Part shown: positions 11,227-20,163 of the stretch, piece by piece
How positions within the stretch are numbered: the stretch's first letter is position 1
How the letters are laid out: each line of letters opens with the position of its first letter
Origin: a virus
Length of the DNA: 64,000 nt
Direction: 5' to 3' (one strand)
IMG/VR virus record: IMGVR_UViG_3300035703_000022
Coordinates: 64,001-128,000 of that record
Notes under the pieces: generated by a model
Seen by the model: the letters and a program-made list of their open reading frames with translations, nothing else
Databases searched by the model: none
What the model was told of the DNA's origin: nothing
Program-made: the position numbers and the translations under genes

Positions 11227-12086
11227 TACTTACTCCACTCTTGAATAATCCAACGATCAGGAACAATATCCGAAGTATCTAGGTTAGACATTGCAGTGCC
11301 AAACCACTTCTTGGGATCTGGAGCAACTACTTTACCACGATCATTTTGTAACCATGCACCCCACCAAGAGAATGATGAGTTTGCAATAATAGCACCAGAA
11401 CAAAGAGTCATCAGACACAGATCAACCTGTGGTAGAAGAGTATTTTGCATTTTTCCAGTACCATCAATAGTACGATAAGTATATCTACCATTACTTTCAT
11501 TAAACAAGAAACGATCCTGTTTGAAAAACTCCTGAGACTTGCACCACTCAATGTCATCAGTAAATACGAAACATGGAGTATCTTCTGGAAATTGCTTTAA
11601 CGCATCCTCAAAAAATTTAATCGGTAGGATGGGATGGTATTGTTCTCTTCCAATGTTGTCACTCTGTCGAATATGCAAGAAAATAGGGCTAGAAGGTAGA
11701 CTATCAATATACTCCTTACAAGGATTGAGATAATCTTTTCTAAACGTGAAGTCTTCACGAATTTCCTGTGCGATGTGACTAAAATATTTTTCAGTCTGGA
11801 AATATCCATCAAGACTTACATTATCAGGACATTCATCAAAAAACTCCGGAATAAAACAATGATCATTCTCTTGTATGTATTCTCCATTGACAAATCCAAT
11901 GTTTGATTCATTAACATTTGTCAACTCAAATGTCTCAAATAAACCATAATTATCTTTATGATCATATGTATCTGGAGGAATGCACCAATCATAACCTCGT
12001 TTTGCAGCAATACCTCTAAGTGCTGCATACTGAAACATTTGATTACCTAGACGACCATTACTTCCTAGTCTGTTATATCCGATCAT
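11226..12086 (-). CDS. GT11 alpha-1,2-fucosyltransferase-like
   Basis: GRLGNQMFQYA, HIRQSD, IIANSSFSWWGAWL. Confidence 0.92.
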   Translation of the reverse strand: MIGYNRLGSNGRLGNQMFQYAALRGIAAKRGYDWCIPPDTYDHKDNYGLFETFELTNVNESNIGFVNGEYIQENDHCFIPEFFDECPDNVSLDGYFQTEKYFSHIAQEIREDFTFRKDYLNPCKEYIDSLPSSPIFLHIRQSDNIGREQYHPILPIKFFEDALKQFPEDTPCFVFTDDIEWCKSQEFFKQDRFLFNESNGRYTYRTIDGTGKMQNTLLPQVDLCLMTLCSGAIIANSSFSWWGAWLQNDRGKVVAPDPKKWFGTAMSNLDTSDIVPDRWIIQEWSK

Positions 12087-13228
12087 AATTTAATTACAAA
12101 TGTATTAATTTTTTCTGGCGGTTTCCCAAAATGTATTCTATCACCATATTGACTCGTTAACAAGACTTCCACTTGTTTAATAATATGGGGATTATCGGAA
12201 ACATAGACTTCATGACCAGCATCTAAAAGATCTAGACAAAGTTTATATTGTTGACTTTCGGTTAGAATATCAGTACCCCTCTTATATGAAATATATTCAA
12301 AATGAAAAGGGAGATTTTTAGTGTTCTTATTAATGAAATAATTTTTTAAAAAAATAGAATGTTCATTATTAAAATCATCAGTGGTTGTGCCAAGATTATA
12401 CTTCAATCCAAGTTTCTCTGCATACCTACCAAAAGATCTATTATCTCTAGGCAGACATGGGCCACCAAATCCAAATCCAAATTTTAGATACTTACTTCCA
12501 ATTCTAGAATCACTTGCAATAGAAGAAAGGACGGATTCGATTTCACTCTCAAGTCCGGAAAGAATAAGAACCTCTCCGATCATATTTGCAAAACTAATTT
12601 TAGTTGTCATGAAACAATTGACTGCGATCTTAACTATTTCTGCAGCCGTAGATGACATAATAGAAATGACTGGTTTTGTAACCTGAATTTTCTTGTAAAT
12701 TTCAGAAAGAGTTTCTAGAACTTCTGCATTATCCCCACCAAGTAAAACCATGTCAGCATGGGTTAAGTCCTTAATAATAGATCCTTGTGCAATAAATTCT
12801 GGATTATATACAACACTTACTCCATAAGACTTAAGTTGTTCCTGGAATCTTACACAATCTCCTGGATTTGTAGTGCAACCAACAACCAATGTTTTACCTT
12901 CAACATTAGGGGATTCTTGGAAGTCACGAACAACATTCCATACAGAACTTACATCATAAGAACCATCATCTAAAGATGGAGTTGCAACCAAAGTAAAGAT
13001 AATATCACATTCTGCAATCACTTTTTTATTATCAGTGGTTGCTTCAAGATACTTAGCTTGTCTTAGATGTTCTTGCACAAACGGTTCTGTACTAGAAATA
13101 ATTTTTTTATTGAGGTTCTCTACATAATCCTCACGAATATCGGAAACCAGAACATCATATCCTGCATTTTCCATGAGAAGTGCAAGACAAATACCTAGTC
13201 TTCCTGCGCCTATTAATCCAATTTTCAT
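12083..13228 (-). CDS. UDP-glucose/GDP-mannose dehydrogenase family
   Basis: GAGRLG, YNPEFIAQG, KISFAN, GFGGPCLPRD. Confidence 0.9.
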   Translation of the reverse strand: MKIGLIGAGRLGICLALLMENAGYDVLVSDIREDYVENLNKKIISSTEPFVQEHLRQAKYLEATTDNKKVIAECDIIFTLVATPSLDDGSYDVSSVWNVVRDFQESPNVEGKTLVVGCTTNPGDCVRFQEQLKSYGVSVVYNPEFIAQGSIIKDLTHADMVLLGGDNAEVLETLSEIYKKIQVTKPVISIMSSTAAEIVKIAVNCFMTTKISFANMIGEVLILSGLESEIESVLSSIASDSRIGSKYLKFGFGFGGPCLPRDNRSFGRYAEKLGLKYNLGTTTDDFNNEHSIFLKNYFINKNTKNLPFHFEYISYKRGTDILTESQQYKLCLDLLDAGHEVYVSDNPHIIKQVEVLLTSQYGDRIHFGKPPEKINTFVIKL

Positions 13229-14016
13229 AGCTTAAATGTGGGAATTTCTGTCATCTTATGTTTGTTTTGCATGTGGAACTTCTGGTACACATTGATTGCA
13301 TTAGTTTGTTCTTCATTCAAGAACAATGGATCTTCAGAAAGTCCTTTTTCCATAACCCATTCTAACATTGCATAGGAAGTTCCAATCTGATCTTCATCAG
13401 TTCTACCATCATCCCAAAGTCCATCAGTAGGTGGTGCAGAAACAATTCTATCATCTACACCTAGATGTTCACCAAGCATCCATACTTCGGTCTTATAGAG
13501 GTCTGCAATAGGAGCAATATCAATACCACCATCACCATACTTGGTATAGAATCCTACACCATAATCCTCAACCTTATTACCAGTTCCAACAACAATACCA
13601 TTTACTGAAGTTGCAATCTGGTAAAGGGTTACCATGCGAAGTCTTGATCGAGTATTTGCTTGTGCCAGTTTATTCGTTGCAAAGTTCTCCCCAATATCAT
13701 TAGAAATAGTTTGAAGGAAATCATCATAGACTGAGCTCATATCAGTCTTAACAAAAGTTACATTATTAAATTTTGACTCCAACCACTTACCATGAGCATC
13801 AGAAAGAGACTCCTGATTCTCAAGTTGATTGATAGGCATTCCAACCACATAAGTTGGCATACCAGTCAAAGCACAAAGGGTAGAAACCACAGAGGAATCA
13901 ATTCCCCCAGAAATTCCTACTACAAGACTTTTAAGTTTAGGATGAGTAATGCAATAATTAGAAATCCATTTTACGATCCTATCTTCCAACTCATCATAAT
14001 CTTTAATTCGATTCAT
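13225..14016 (-). CDS. nadE: NH3-dependent NAD+ synthetase
   Basis: SGGIDS PP-loop, NTRSRLRM, GFYTKYGDG, PTDGLW, DEDQIG. Confidence 0.9.
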   Translation of the reverse strand: MNRIKDYDELEDRIVKWISNYCITHPKLKSLVVGISGGIDSSVVSTLCALTGMPTYVVGMPINQLENQESLSDAHGKWLESKFNNVTFVKTDMSSVYDDFLQTISNDIGENFATNKLAQANTRSRLRMVTLYQIATSVNGIVVGTGNKVEDYGVGFYTKYGDGGIDIAPIADLYKTEVWMLGEHLGVDDRIVSAPPTDGLWDDGRTDEDQIGTSYAMLEWVMEKGLSEDPLFLNEEQTNAINVYQKFHMQNKHKMTEIPTFKL

Positions 14017-14792
14017 GATTCTTTTACCTTAGCTAAAATTACAGTGTTTTCGTAATCTTTGTTCGTGGTGAATTCAAAACGTTCACTCATCCTTTCAGTA
14101 AACTTATTATAGTAGAAATCATTAAAGTTGACAAGGTTATAAATGATGTAAGCATACTTAGCATCTGATACTAGATTATCATAGTATTTTGCTTGAGTAT
14201 CATAATCACATTCAGAAAGGGCGTAATTACTAATGAACAGGTCTACATCTTTAATTTCTTCTACGTTATCACAACTTACAAACTTACACTTTGCATAAAG
14301 TTCTGGGAAGTTCTTAAGATACTTTTCTTGAACCGCAACAGCCTCAGGAAGATCCACTAAAACATATTCATCAAAATCACAGACAACACTCAAGGTCTTA
14401 CATAATCCACCATACCCGCCACCAACTTCTACTACACGACTGATAGGTGCATCTCCTAAGAGAGTCGCCATCTCAAATACATTCTTAATATATCGGATTG
14501 TAGTGGGAGAGATTTTACCCGTTTCTGGATAAGAGAATTTATCGGGTTTACCGATAACATCATTCTCTTTAAACGCCTCAAGATTTTCAAGTAGAGCATC
14601 TCCAGCCATTTCCATGGCAATTTGAAGATACTCCGTACCTTGACGAGGAGTTACATGTTCAAGAATATTTTTATATCCTTGAATTGATTTAAATTTTGCA
14701 AATACTTCATCATCTGCAACTGCACTACGACAAGTTTCAAGATAATCAACTGCAATCTGTTCTTCTGCTTCCCAGCCTTTATAAGTACTCAT
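14013..14792 (-). CDS. Putative sugar O-methyltransferase
   Basis: VVEVGGGYGG SAM motif, DLFISNYALSE. Confidence 0.75.
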   Translation of the reverse strand: MSTYKGWEAEEQIAVDYLETCRSAVADDEVFAKFKSIQGYKNILEHVTPRQGTEYLQIAMEMAGDALLENLEAFKENDVIGKPDKFSYPETGKISPTTIRYIKNVFEMATLLGDAPISRVVEVGGGYGGLCKTLSVVCDFDEYVLVDLPEAVAVQEKYLKNFPELYAKCKFVSCDNVEEIKDVDLFISNYALSECDYDTQAKYYDNLVSDAKYAYIIYNLVNFNDFYYNKFTERMSERFEFTTNKDYENTVILAKVKES

Positions 14793-15589
14793 TTCCAGTA
14801 AGTTTCGTAGAGGTAATCTTCTGCCACTGGCAGATTGTTAGCACGTTCAAAGTTATCCTTGATCGCATCCATTTTAGAATAATAAAGTTCTTCTGTCAAA
14901 ATAGAAACATCAAAGTCATCATCCAAGAATATAATACCATCCTCGTTGAAATACTCTGTGACTCCTTTACATCCGTAGAAGATGGGAATCGTTCCTGTGG
15001 CGAAACAATCTGTAAGTTTCTCCGTAAAGTATGTATCATAGACGGCATTCTCTACGGCCACAGAGAACATATAATCTCGGATACCTTCTTCCTTTCTAGG
15101 AAGATCACGAAACCCACGACCATAAAGATCAAGTTGATCTTTAAACTTATTCACGAATTCAAGTCTCTTGCGATGTCCAGGAACCATAGACTTGTTTGAA
15201 GAGATCATAGAAACAAGTTTAGTCTTGTCATAAATCTGGCGTTCTTCAATCCATGGAGCTGCATTGCTTAATGCATATTGAAACTTTGGATACTTCTCAC
15301 ATAGTTCTTTATCTGGAGACAAAATACCATCCACTCTAGAAGCAACAAAATCATAGTTTGCAAGAATCCAATCATAAACATTTTGAATGACTTGTTTTGA
15401 TTCAAGTAACCAGATATACTTTGGTGTAGAAGAAACATCCTGAAGTACATCTAGGGATCTTTGATTTACATAAAGACTTACTGCACCGGAACCATCATAA
15501 ACCCACTCAGTAAAACTAGAAGTATTTTTATCTGAGGTTGACGGGAGAAGAGAGTCGTTACAATAAAGATTAATTTGAAACTTGTTCAT
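14789..15589 (-). CDS. GT10 alpha-1,3-fucosyltransferase-like
   Basis: YMFSVAVEN...YFTEKLTDCF..GTIPIFYG. Confidence 0.8.
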   Translation of the reverse strand: MNKFQINLYCNDSLLPSTSDKNTSSFTEWVYDGSGAVSLYVNQRSLDVLQDVSSTPKYIWLLESKQVIQNVYDWILANYDFVASRVDGILSPDKELCEKYPKFQYALSNAAPWIEERQIYDKTKLVSMISSNKSMVPGHRKRLEFVNKFKDQLDLYGRGFRDLPRKEEGIRDYMFSVAVENAVYDTYFTEKLTDCFATGTIPIFYGCKGVTEYFNEDGIIFLDDDFDVSILTEELYYSKMDAIKDNFERANNLPVAEDYLYETYWK

Positions 15590-16427
15590 TCTTCATAGCC
15601 TCAAATACCTTAGCAATACCCTGTTCAATTGTTGTTTTGGGAGTCCACCACTTCATCAAATAAGTATCTGGTCGATTTCTTTTGTCAAGTTGAACACTAT
15701 CCTTTTCAGTTGACGGTTGTACTTTAACATCGTACTTGCCCATCAAATTGAATTGGCCACAAATTATACTCGCAATATCAATGACCTTTGTAGAGTGGAA
15801 GCTGGTAATGTGAAGATTATCTTCAGAAGTAAAGTCATCGTAGTTTTCCATAATTGACTCAAGTGCTTCACAACAATCTTCAGCATATAGAAACTCACGT
15901 TCTTCCTGACCATCAGTAAGCATGTCAATCACACCAGTTTCAAAACCTTTACGAATAAAGTCTGTGATTACGTGTGCTTTATCGTGATCTTTTTCCACTC
16001 CATAAACATTCCAGAACTTAACAATAAGTCCATTCAAAGATTTAGTATAAAGTTCTCCAACATTCTTAAGAACACCATATGGAGAATAACTCATATTACT
16101 CATCTGAGATGAAGCAAATACAAATCTCTTATTGTATTTTTTAAGAAGTCCAAATGCATTTGCCATCAAACGGGCATTGTTGTCAATGAATTGGAATGTG
16201 TGTTGATATTTTTTGAGATAACGAGAACCACCTACATCAAATGCAAGGAAGAACACAAAGTCACTATCCATAATTACCCGATGGAGTTCGGGATTGGGGA
16301 TAATTGTCATGTCTTGATGTTCACCATTAACAACATCAAACTCATAAACGGTGTGGCCTTTACCACGCAGATATTCTGTTAAGTAGGCACCGATTTGCCC
16401 ACTAGATCCTAGTACTGTAATTTTCAT
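15570..16427 (-). CDS. NAD-dependent epimerase/dehydratase
   Basis: GSSGQIG, YGVLK, NVYG, REFLYAED. Confidence 0.88.
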   Translation of the reverse strand: MKITVLGSSGQIGAYLTEYLRGKGHTVYEFDVVNGEHQDMTIIPNPELHRVIMDSDFVFFLAFDVGGSRYLKKYQHTFQFIDNNARLMANAFGLLKKYNKRFVFASSQMSNMSYSPYGVLKNVGELYTKSLNGLIVKFWNVYGVEKDHDKAHVITDFIRKGFETGVIDMLTDGQEEREFLYAEDCCEALESIMENYDDFTSEDNLHITSFHSTKVIDIASIICGQFNLMGKYDVKVQPSTEKDSVQLDKRNRPDTYLMKWWTPKTTIEQGIAKVFEAMKNEQVSN

Positions 16428-17023
16428 CAGACAATAGTAATTTCGTGTGCATTTCCAAAGTTGACAATACCAGTACCACTCATATGAGCAATCTCAGTTA
16501 CATCAAACTTCTCTTCGGGAATCTCATCCCACATTAGTTGAATATCAGGCCAACCAGGGCCAATATCATCATGAATCAAAATACCTTTCCAACCTTTGTC
16601 ACGCAACCAATCCATCATGACACGTTCTTGAGCTCCATCATGTGGATCAACATCAATCATAACGATGGGAATATTATCCCAATCAAGAGTTTCATCTTCC
16701 ATGAAATTCATGATCTTCCAAGTGATGTTTTCTTTTTGAATAGAGCTGGCGCCCTGTTCCACAAGATCATAACTAATCACTTTATTAGTCGGATTATAAG
16801 AAAGAGCGAGAGCGGATCCACCAGTGCGAGTACCAACATCCAGAATAGTGGATTTGTTAAAGAAAGTGGAGAGATATGCATAAAGCCTATACTCGCTTTG
16901 ACCTGCGGGAAGCCAGTCATTTTGATTGAGAGACATATCTCTTAGATGACTAACATCTAAATCTTTTACATGTTTTTTAATAATCTCAATTTTCATTATT
17001 CTTCTTATCAATTTGTGCAACAA
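16427..17023 (-). CDS. Class I SAM methyltransferase-like
   Basis: ILDVGTRTGGSA, IDVDPH, LIHDD. Confidence 0.75.
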   Translation of the reverse strand: MLHKLIRRIMKIEIIKKHVKDLDVSHLRDMSLNQNDWLPAGQSEYRLYAYLSTFFNKSTILDVGTRTGGSALALSYNPTNKVISYDLVEQGASSIQKENITWKIMNFMEDETLDWDNIPIVMIDVDPHDGAQERVMMDWLRDKGWKGILIHDDIGPGWPDIQLMWDEIPEEKFDVTEIAHMSGTGIVNFGNAHEITIV

Positions 17024-18047
17024 TCCATGCGTATGTCTTACGAATACCTTCTTCTAGAGTTTGAGAATAATCCCAACCGAGTTCTCTGCGGACTACATCA
17101 TTGTTGGAATTACGACCACGAACACCGAGAGGTGCATCTAATTTATGTTTTCTATTCACAACCTTACCAGAAACCCTAGCAGCAGTCTCTACGAGTTGAT
17201 TGATCGTAACCATTTCCTCAGATCCAATATTCACTGGACCTTGGAAATCAGACTCCATTAAACGACGGGTTGCTTCAAGACACTCATCAATGTAAAGGAA
17301 TGAACGAGTTTGTAAACCATCGCCCCAAACTTCAATAGTTCCACCTACTTCTGGAAGTTCTGCAACTTTGCGGCAGATTGCTGCGGGGGCTTTTTCTCTG
17401 CCGCCCGTCCAAGTTCCTTCTGGCCCGAATATATTGTGGTATCTAGCAACACGTACAGGAATACCATAGTTGCGATGATAAGCAAAATATAGACGTTCTG
17501 AAAACAGTTTTTCCCATCCGTATTCTGAGTCTGGATTTGCTGGATATGCGGATTCTTCACGACAATCAGGATTATCAGGATCGAGTTGGTTATGTTCTGG
17601 GTACATGCAAGCAGAACCAGAATAGAAAATCTTAGTTGTATTTTTACCAGTGCGTTCGTTCATTTGACGCTGCATCTCAAGTACATTCAGATTAATTGAT
17701 ACTGAATTATGCATAATATCTGCATCGTTCTCACCAGTAAACACAAATCCAGCTCCACCCATATCGGCAGCGAACTGATAGATTTCATCAAACGATTGGA
17801 TATAACGATAGGGAACTGACTGATAAAAGTTACCGCGATCACCCTTATATTCAAGTACACGACGAACAAAATCTACATCACGAAGATCCCCAAGAACAAA
17901 TTCGTTTGCTTCGTGTTTGGAGAACTCTGGATACTTAAGGTCTACACCACGAACCCAGTATCCTTCAGATCGCAATCTACGAACCATATGACTTCCAATA
18001 AAGCCACCGGCACCAAGCACAAGTGCCTTCTTAATGTATTGACTCAT
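16986..18047 (-). CDS. GDP-mannose 3,5-epimerase-like extended SDR
   Basis: GAGGFIG, AADMGG, SACMYP, YGWEK, GGREKAPAAICRK, GVRGRNS match the GME family. Confidence 0.85.
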   Translation of the reverse strand: MSQYIKKALVLGAGGFIGSHMVRRLRSEGYWVRGVDLKYPEFSKHEANEFVLGDLRDVDFVRRVLEYKGDRGNFYQSVPYRYIQSFDEIYQFAADMGGAGFVFTGENDADIMHNSVSINLNVLEMQRQMNERTGKNTTKIFYSGSACMYPEHNQLDPDNPDCREESAYPANPDSEYGWEKLFSERLYFAYHRNYGIPVRVARYHNIFGPEGTWTGGREKAPAAICRKVAELPEVGGTIEVWGDGLQTRSFLYIDECLEATRRLMESDFQGPVNIGSEEMVTINQLVETAARVSGKVVNRKHKLDAPLGVRGRNSNNDVVRRELGWDYSQTLEEGIRKTYAWIVAQIDKKNNEN

Positions 18048-18080
18048 TTTTTGATCAAAAATAATAATCTCATACTATAT

Positions 18081-18109
18081 ATTATACCAATTAGAGTAGA
18101 TATTTGCAA
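18081..18109 (-). promoter_or_regulatory. sigma70-type promoter of the sugar operon
   Basis: TTGCAA-17-TATAAT. Confidence 0.7.
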
Positions 18110-18718
18110 GGAACTTTGAACAAACTATTTTATTTTGATGAAAAATATTTTTATAAATCTTATAATACTATTTCAAAAGAAGATAGAATAAATCTCATAA
18201 AAGAATCTGAACAGTACTTGAAAACTCACAGAAAGTTTGAAGAGTTACATCCTCCAATAATGGCAGAAAATTTCTTTGATAAACAAATTCTAGAGAAAAA
18301 GTGTTGGAAAAATCTTACAGATAAAGTAACTGATGAAGTAAACAATTATAGTAAGACTTATTTAAATACTAATGTAACATTTGAATCTTGTTGGATAAAC
18401 AAAGTAGATTACTACGAAGATAAAGATATAGAAAACACGTTATACTTTGATGAGGACGTACAATCCTACACAGATAATCACTATCATGCTCACCATGAAG
18501 GTCAACTCATAGGTTGTATTTTTTACTTGCAGAATCCAAATAAAAAATATGGCACTCTTGTCAGAACTAACAACGGATCCATAGTTCTCGATGGGACAGA
18601 AAATTCGTTAACTATTTTTGATCCAAGATTATATCACACTGCACTCGTACCAAATCCAGAAGTGTGTTCGATATATCCAAGATATGTAATTTTAATGTCC
18701 TTCATAAGTTCCAACTAA
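18104..18718 (+). CDS. 2OG-Fe(II) oxygenase-like protein
   Basis: WIN..HAH..CIFYL..IFDPRLYH..RY layout; start uncertain. Confidence 0.7.
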   Translation: MQGTLNKLFYFDEKYFYKSYNTISKEDRINLIKESEQYLKTHRKFEELHPPIMAENFFDKQILEKKCWKNLTDKVTDEVNNYSKTYLNTNVTFESCWINKVDYYEDKDIENTLYFDEDVQSYTDNHYHAHHEGQLIGCIFYLQNPNKKYGTLVRTNNGSIVLDGTENSLTIFDPRLYHTALVPNPEVCSIYPRYVILMSFISSN

Positions 18719-18741
18719 AAAAGGTGGGATTTCTCCCACCT
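18718..18741 (-). terminator. Intrinsic terminator after the wcaG-like RNA
   Basis: GGTGGGA-GAAA-TCCCACC followed by TTTTT. Confidence 0.75.
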
Positions 18742-18747
18742 CTAAAG

Positions 18748-18817
18748 CTCAGGCTCGCCACTTGTTTTGAGTACGAGAAAACAAGAAACTCGGCGGGGTT
18801 AACCCCATCCGCACCAG
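18748..18817 (-). ncRNA. wcaG-like RNA motif
   Basis: TGGTGCGGATGGGG..CCCCGCC..TTTCTTG..CAAGTGGCGAGCC resembles the cyanophage wcaG motif as recalled; lies upstream of an epimerase operon. Confidence 0.65.
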
Positions 18818-18868
18818 GGCACGATTAACGTCTGTCCGAGACGGGCATATTGGGGATGACTCCACCAC

Positions 18869-19102
18869 TTAGTTTTGAGAAACTAAGAAAAGTTGGATGA
18901 GTTTAGGTATCTCAATAGCAGCATAGAAAGCACACAAGAAGAGAATATCCCAAAACTTATATTTGATTGCAAAGGGAACAACAAAGATGTTCCCAATACA
19001 TTTTACAAATAATCCAAGTTTCATATCTCCCCAAAGCAGAAAAAAGTATCCTGATAAGAGAAGTGCATTACCAATGTATCTGAATACATTAGATTTTATC
19101 AT
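18869..19102 (-). CDS. Small membrane protein
   Basis: 77 aa, hydrophobic helices. Confidence 0.7.
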   Translation of the reverse strand: MIKSNVFRYIGNALLLSGYFFLLWGDMKLGLFVKCIGNIFVVPFAIKYKFWDILFLCAFYAAIEIPKLIQLFLVSQN

Positions 19103-19128
19103 AAGGGGTTTGCTCCCGACCAGTTCTG

Positions 19129-19392
19129 TTATAGACCATCCGTGTCTTCATCATCTTCCCGTATATAACAGGGAACACGATCCGGATCTAACCATTTCGC
19201 ATATTCAATGTCTTCCATTGCAGTAGTGCATTGTAGACCATTATCAAAAAGATAAATGTCATTCCAACGTTTAGTGTAGTGATCTTTCTTTTGCATTCTA
19301 TAGTCAGGCATACCATTTAATTCAATGATACCCTTTTGAACAAACCTATATCCCTCTCGTTCGAAAAGGACTTTAGGAAGTGTTTCAATCAC
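19129..19392 (-). CDS. hypothetical protein
   Basis: ORF coupled to the upstream gene. Confidence 0.7.
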   Translation of the reverse strand: MIETLPKVLFEREGYRFVQKGIIELNGMPDYRMQKKDHYTKRWNDIYLFDNGLQCTTAMEDIEYAKWLDPDRVPCYIREDDEDTDGL

Positions 19393-19610
19393 GATACAAG
19401 AGCTCCTTCAGCTTCAAGATCAGCATAGATATAATCAATCAACATCTCATAGTCATCCAGAGGATCTCCGGAGAAAATTACACCATTAGATTCATAAAAC
19501 TTACGAACTTTTTTAAAGAGTTTTGGATTTTTTACATCCAGATAAGATTCTCCGTTCGCAGCAGACTTCAGAGTTTGAATGTCTTTTTTGAATTTATCAG
19601 TGAGTGACAT
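19389..19610 (-). CDS. hypothetical protein
   Basis: 73 aa, downstream of a promoter. Confidence 0.75.
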   Translation of the reverse strand: MSLTDKFKKDIQTLKSAANGESYLDVKNPKLFKKVRKFYESNGVIFSGDPLDDYEMLIDYIYADLEAEGALVS

Positions 19611-19634
19611 TTGTTTGAATTTGTTTACCTTGTT

Positions 19635-19686
19635 ATTATAGGGGATTGACTTGGAGAAGTCAAGACGGACAGTTCGGTTTCTGTCC
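19635..19686 (-). promoter_or_regulatory. Promoter TTGACT-17-TATAAT with upstream GGACAG/CTGTCC palindrome
   Basis: Read directly from sequence. Confidence 0.7.
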
Positions 19687-19688
19687 TA

Positions 19689-19761
19689 TGCTCCTTGCGT
19701 GGATCGAACACGCCTCAGGCGAATTATGAGTTCGCTGCATTCACCAGATTGCTAAAGGAGC
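19689..19761 (-). tRNA. tRNA-Met or Ile2 (CAT)
   Basis: Cloverleaf; anticodon arm GCGAA-CTCATAA-TTCGC. Confidence 0.88.
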
Positions 19762-19765
19762 AAAG

Positions 19766-19837
19766 TAGGACTGGAGGGAATTGAACCCTCTTCACACCGT
19801 TATAAGCAGTGGGCCTTAACCAATAGGCGACAGTCCC
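19766..19837 (-). tRNA. tRNA-Ile (TAT)
   Basis: Cloverleaf; CACTG-CTTATAA-CGGTG. Confidence 0.9.
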
Positions 19838-19852
19838 GCAAAATACAAGTCA

Positions 19853-19881
19853 ATTATAGAGGACTTGGAACTCTTTGTCAA
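19853..19881 (-). promoter_or_regulatory. Consensus sigma70 promoter for the Ile/Met tRNA pair
   Basis: TTGACA-17-TATAAT. Confidence 0.8.
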
Positions 19882-20051
19882 GAGGCTTCGTTATTTAACT
19901 CTGTGTATATGCGTATAAGTTCGTCATCTGCAGGGATCATAACTGCCGTTTGTCCTTTTTCGTTAATTATACCTATACTCTCTCCATTTTCAACTCTATC
20001 AATCATTTCTTCCCAGCGTTTTTGGAACTCTTGCACTGTGTAGATTTTCAT
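19878..20051 (-). CDS. Phd/YefM antitoxin-like small protein
   Basis: MKIYTVQEFQKRWEEMIDRVENGESIGII..GQTAVMIP pattern; TATAAATA at 20060-20067. Confidence 0.55.
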   Translation of the reverse strand: MKIYTVQEFQKRWEEMIDRVENGESIGIINEKGQTAVMIPADDELIRIYTELNNEAS

Positions 20052-20069
20052 AGTTTTTATATTTATAAA

Positions 20070-20143
20070 TCGGGCATGAGGGATTTGAACCCCCGACATC
20101 CTGCTCCCAAAGCAGGCGCGCTACCAAACTGCGCTAATGCCCG
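20070..20143 (-). tRNA. tRNA-Pro (TGG)
   Basis: Cloverleaf; CCTGC-TTTGGGA-GCAGG. Confidence 0.93.
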
Positions 20144-20163
20144 ATTACTAGTATATAGTAACA

